DNA of 61,622 nucleotides, filler included, from Vezdaea acicularis (Eukaryota): NCBI GenBank assembly GCA_026025075.1. It is 3 parts of 3 records of this genome, joined end to end, with 100 filler letters (N's around TTAATTAATTAA, not from the genome) between each part and the next. Parts side by side here need not be neighbours in the genome. Positions count along the whole stretch, not along the records: positions 41,280 to 61,622 come from JAPEUI010000198.1; 2 more parts are not named here. One strand, 5' to 3'. Shown piece by piece: positions 61,540 to 61,622 of this stretch (position 1 is its first letter; each line of letters starts with the position of its first letter). The notes under the pieces were generated by a model. It saw only the letters and a program-made list of their open reading frames with translations, ran no database searches and was not told where the DNA came from. The position numbers and the translations under genes were made by a program.

Positions 61540-61594
61540 AGCCCTAGGCCAGTTTTGGCTTTACGCGAGGATTGTGCTTGCGGGTAAACCCTAA
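61540..61594 (-). promoter_or_regulatory. Tbf1/telobox-like motifs in the RPL6 promoter
   Basis: AGCCCTAG (61540-61547) and AAACCCTAA (61586-61594) lie 140-190 bp upstream of the ATG; TTAGGG-type motifs are known in ascomycete ribosomal-protein promoters. Confidence 0.4.
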
Positions 61595-61622
61595 GTATTT
61601 TCCAACCTCCGACGTCATGTGA

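Overview
Fungal genomic DNA (filamentous ascomycete, Pezizomycotina-type genes with GT..CTRAC..YAG introns). The window is three contigs joined by two artificial 100-bp spacers (44N-TTAATTAATTAA-44N), so adjacency across 20562-20661 and 41180-41279 is unproven. Segment 1 (1-20561) is an accessory region of mobile-element and immunity genes. It holds an ankyrin gene tail, a disrupted DUF3435 tyrosine recombinase (Starship 'captain' type) and two divergent NLR-like genes (HeLo-like/SesA-NACHT-ANK and SesB-lipase-NB-ARC-TPR) with near-identical repeat arrays. An uncharacterised 'LGPxxSY'-repeat gene lies between the NLRs. The recombinase is bracketed by structured non-coding DNA: a C11/G13 hairpin and a perfect 36-bp inverted repeat upstream, and a 31-bp-period array of double palindromes downstream. 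Segments 2 and 3 are mostly core genes: GPI wall protein, secreted Cys-rich protein, EFR3, DnaJC7-like, DUF4451, DUF2985, DUF3405, class-1A DHOD-family oxidoreductase, UBE2S-like, CorA-like, VMA13, Iec1, alpha/beta hydrolase, sterol-desaturase family and RPL6. All family calls come from recognising motifs by eye; no searches were run.
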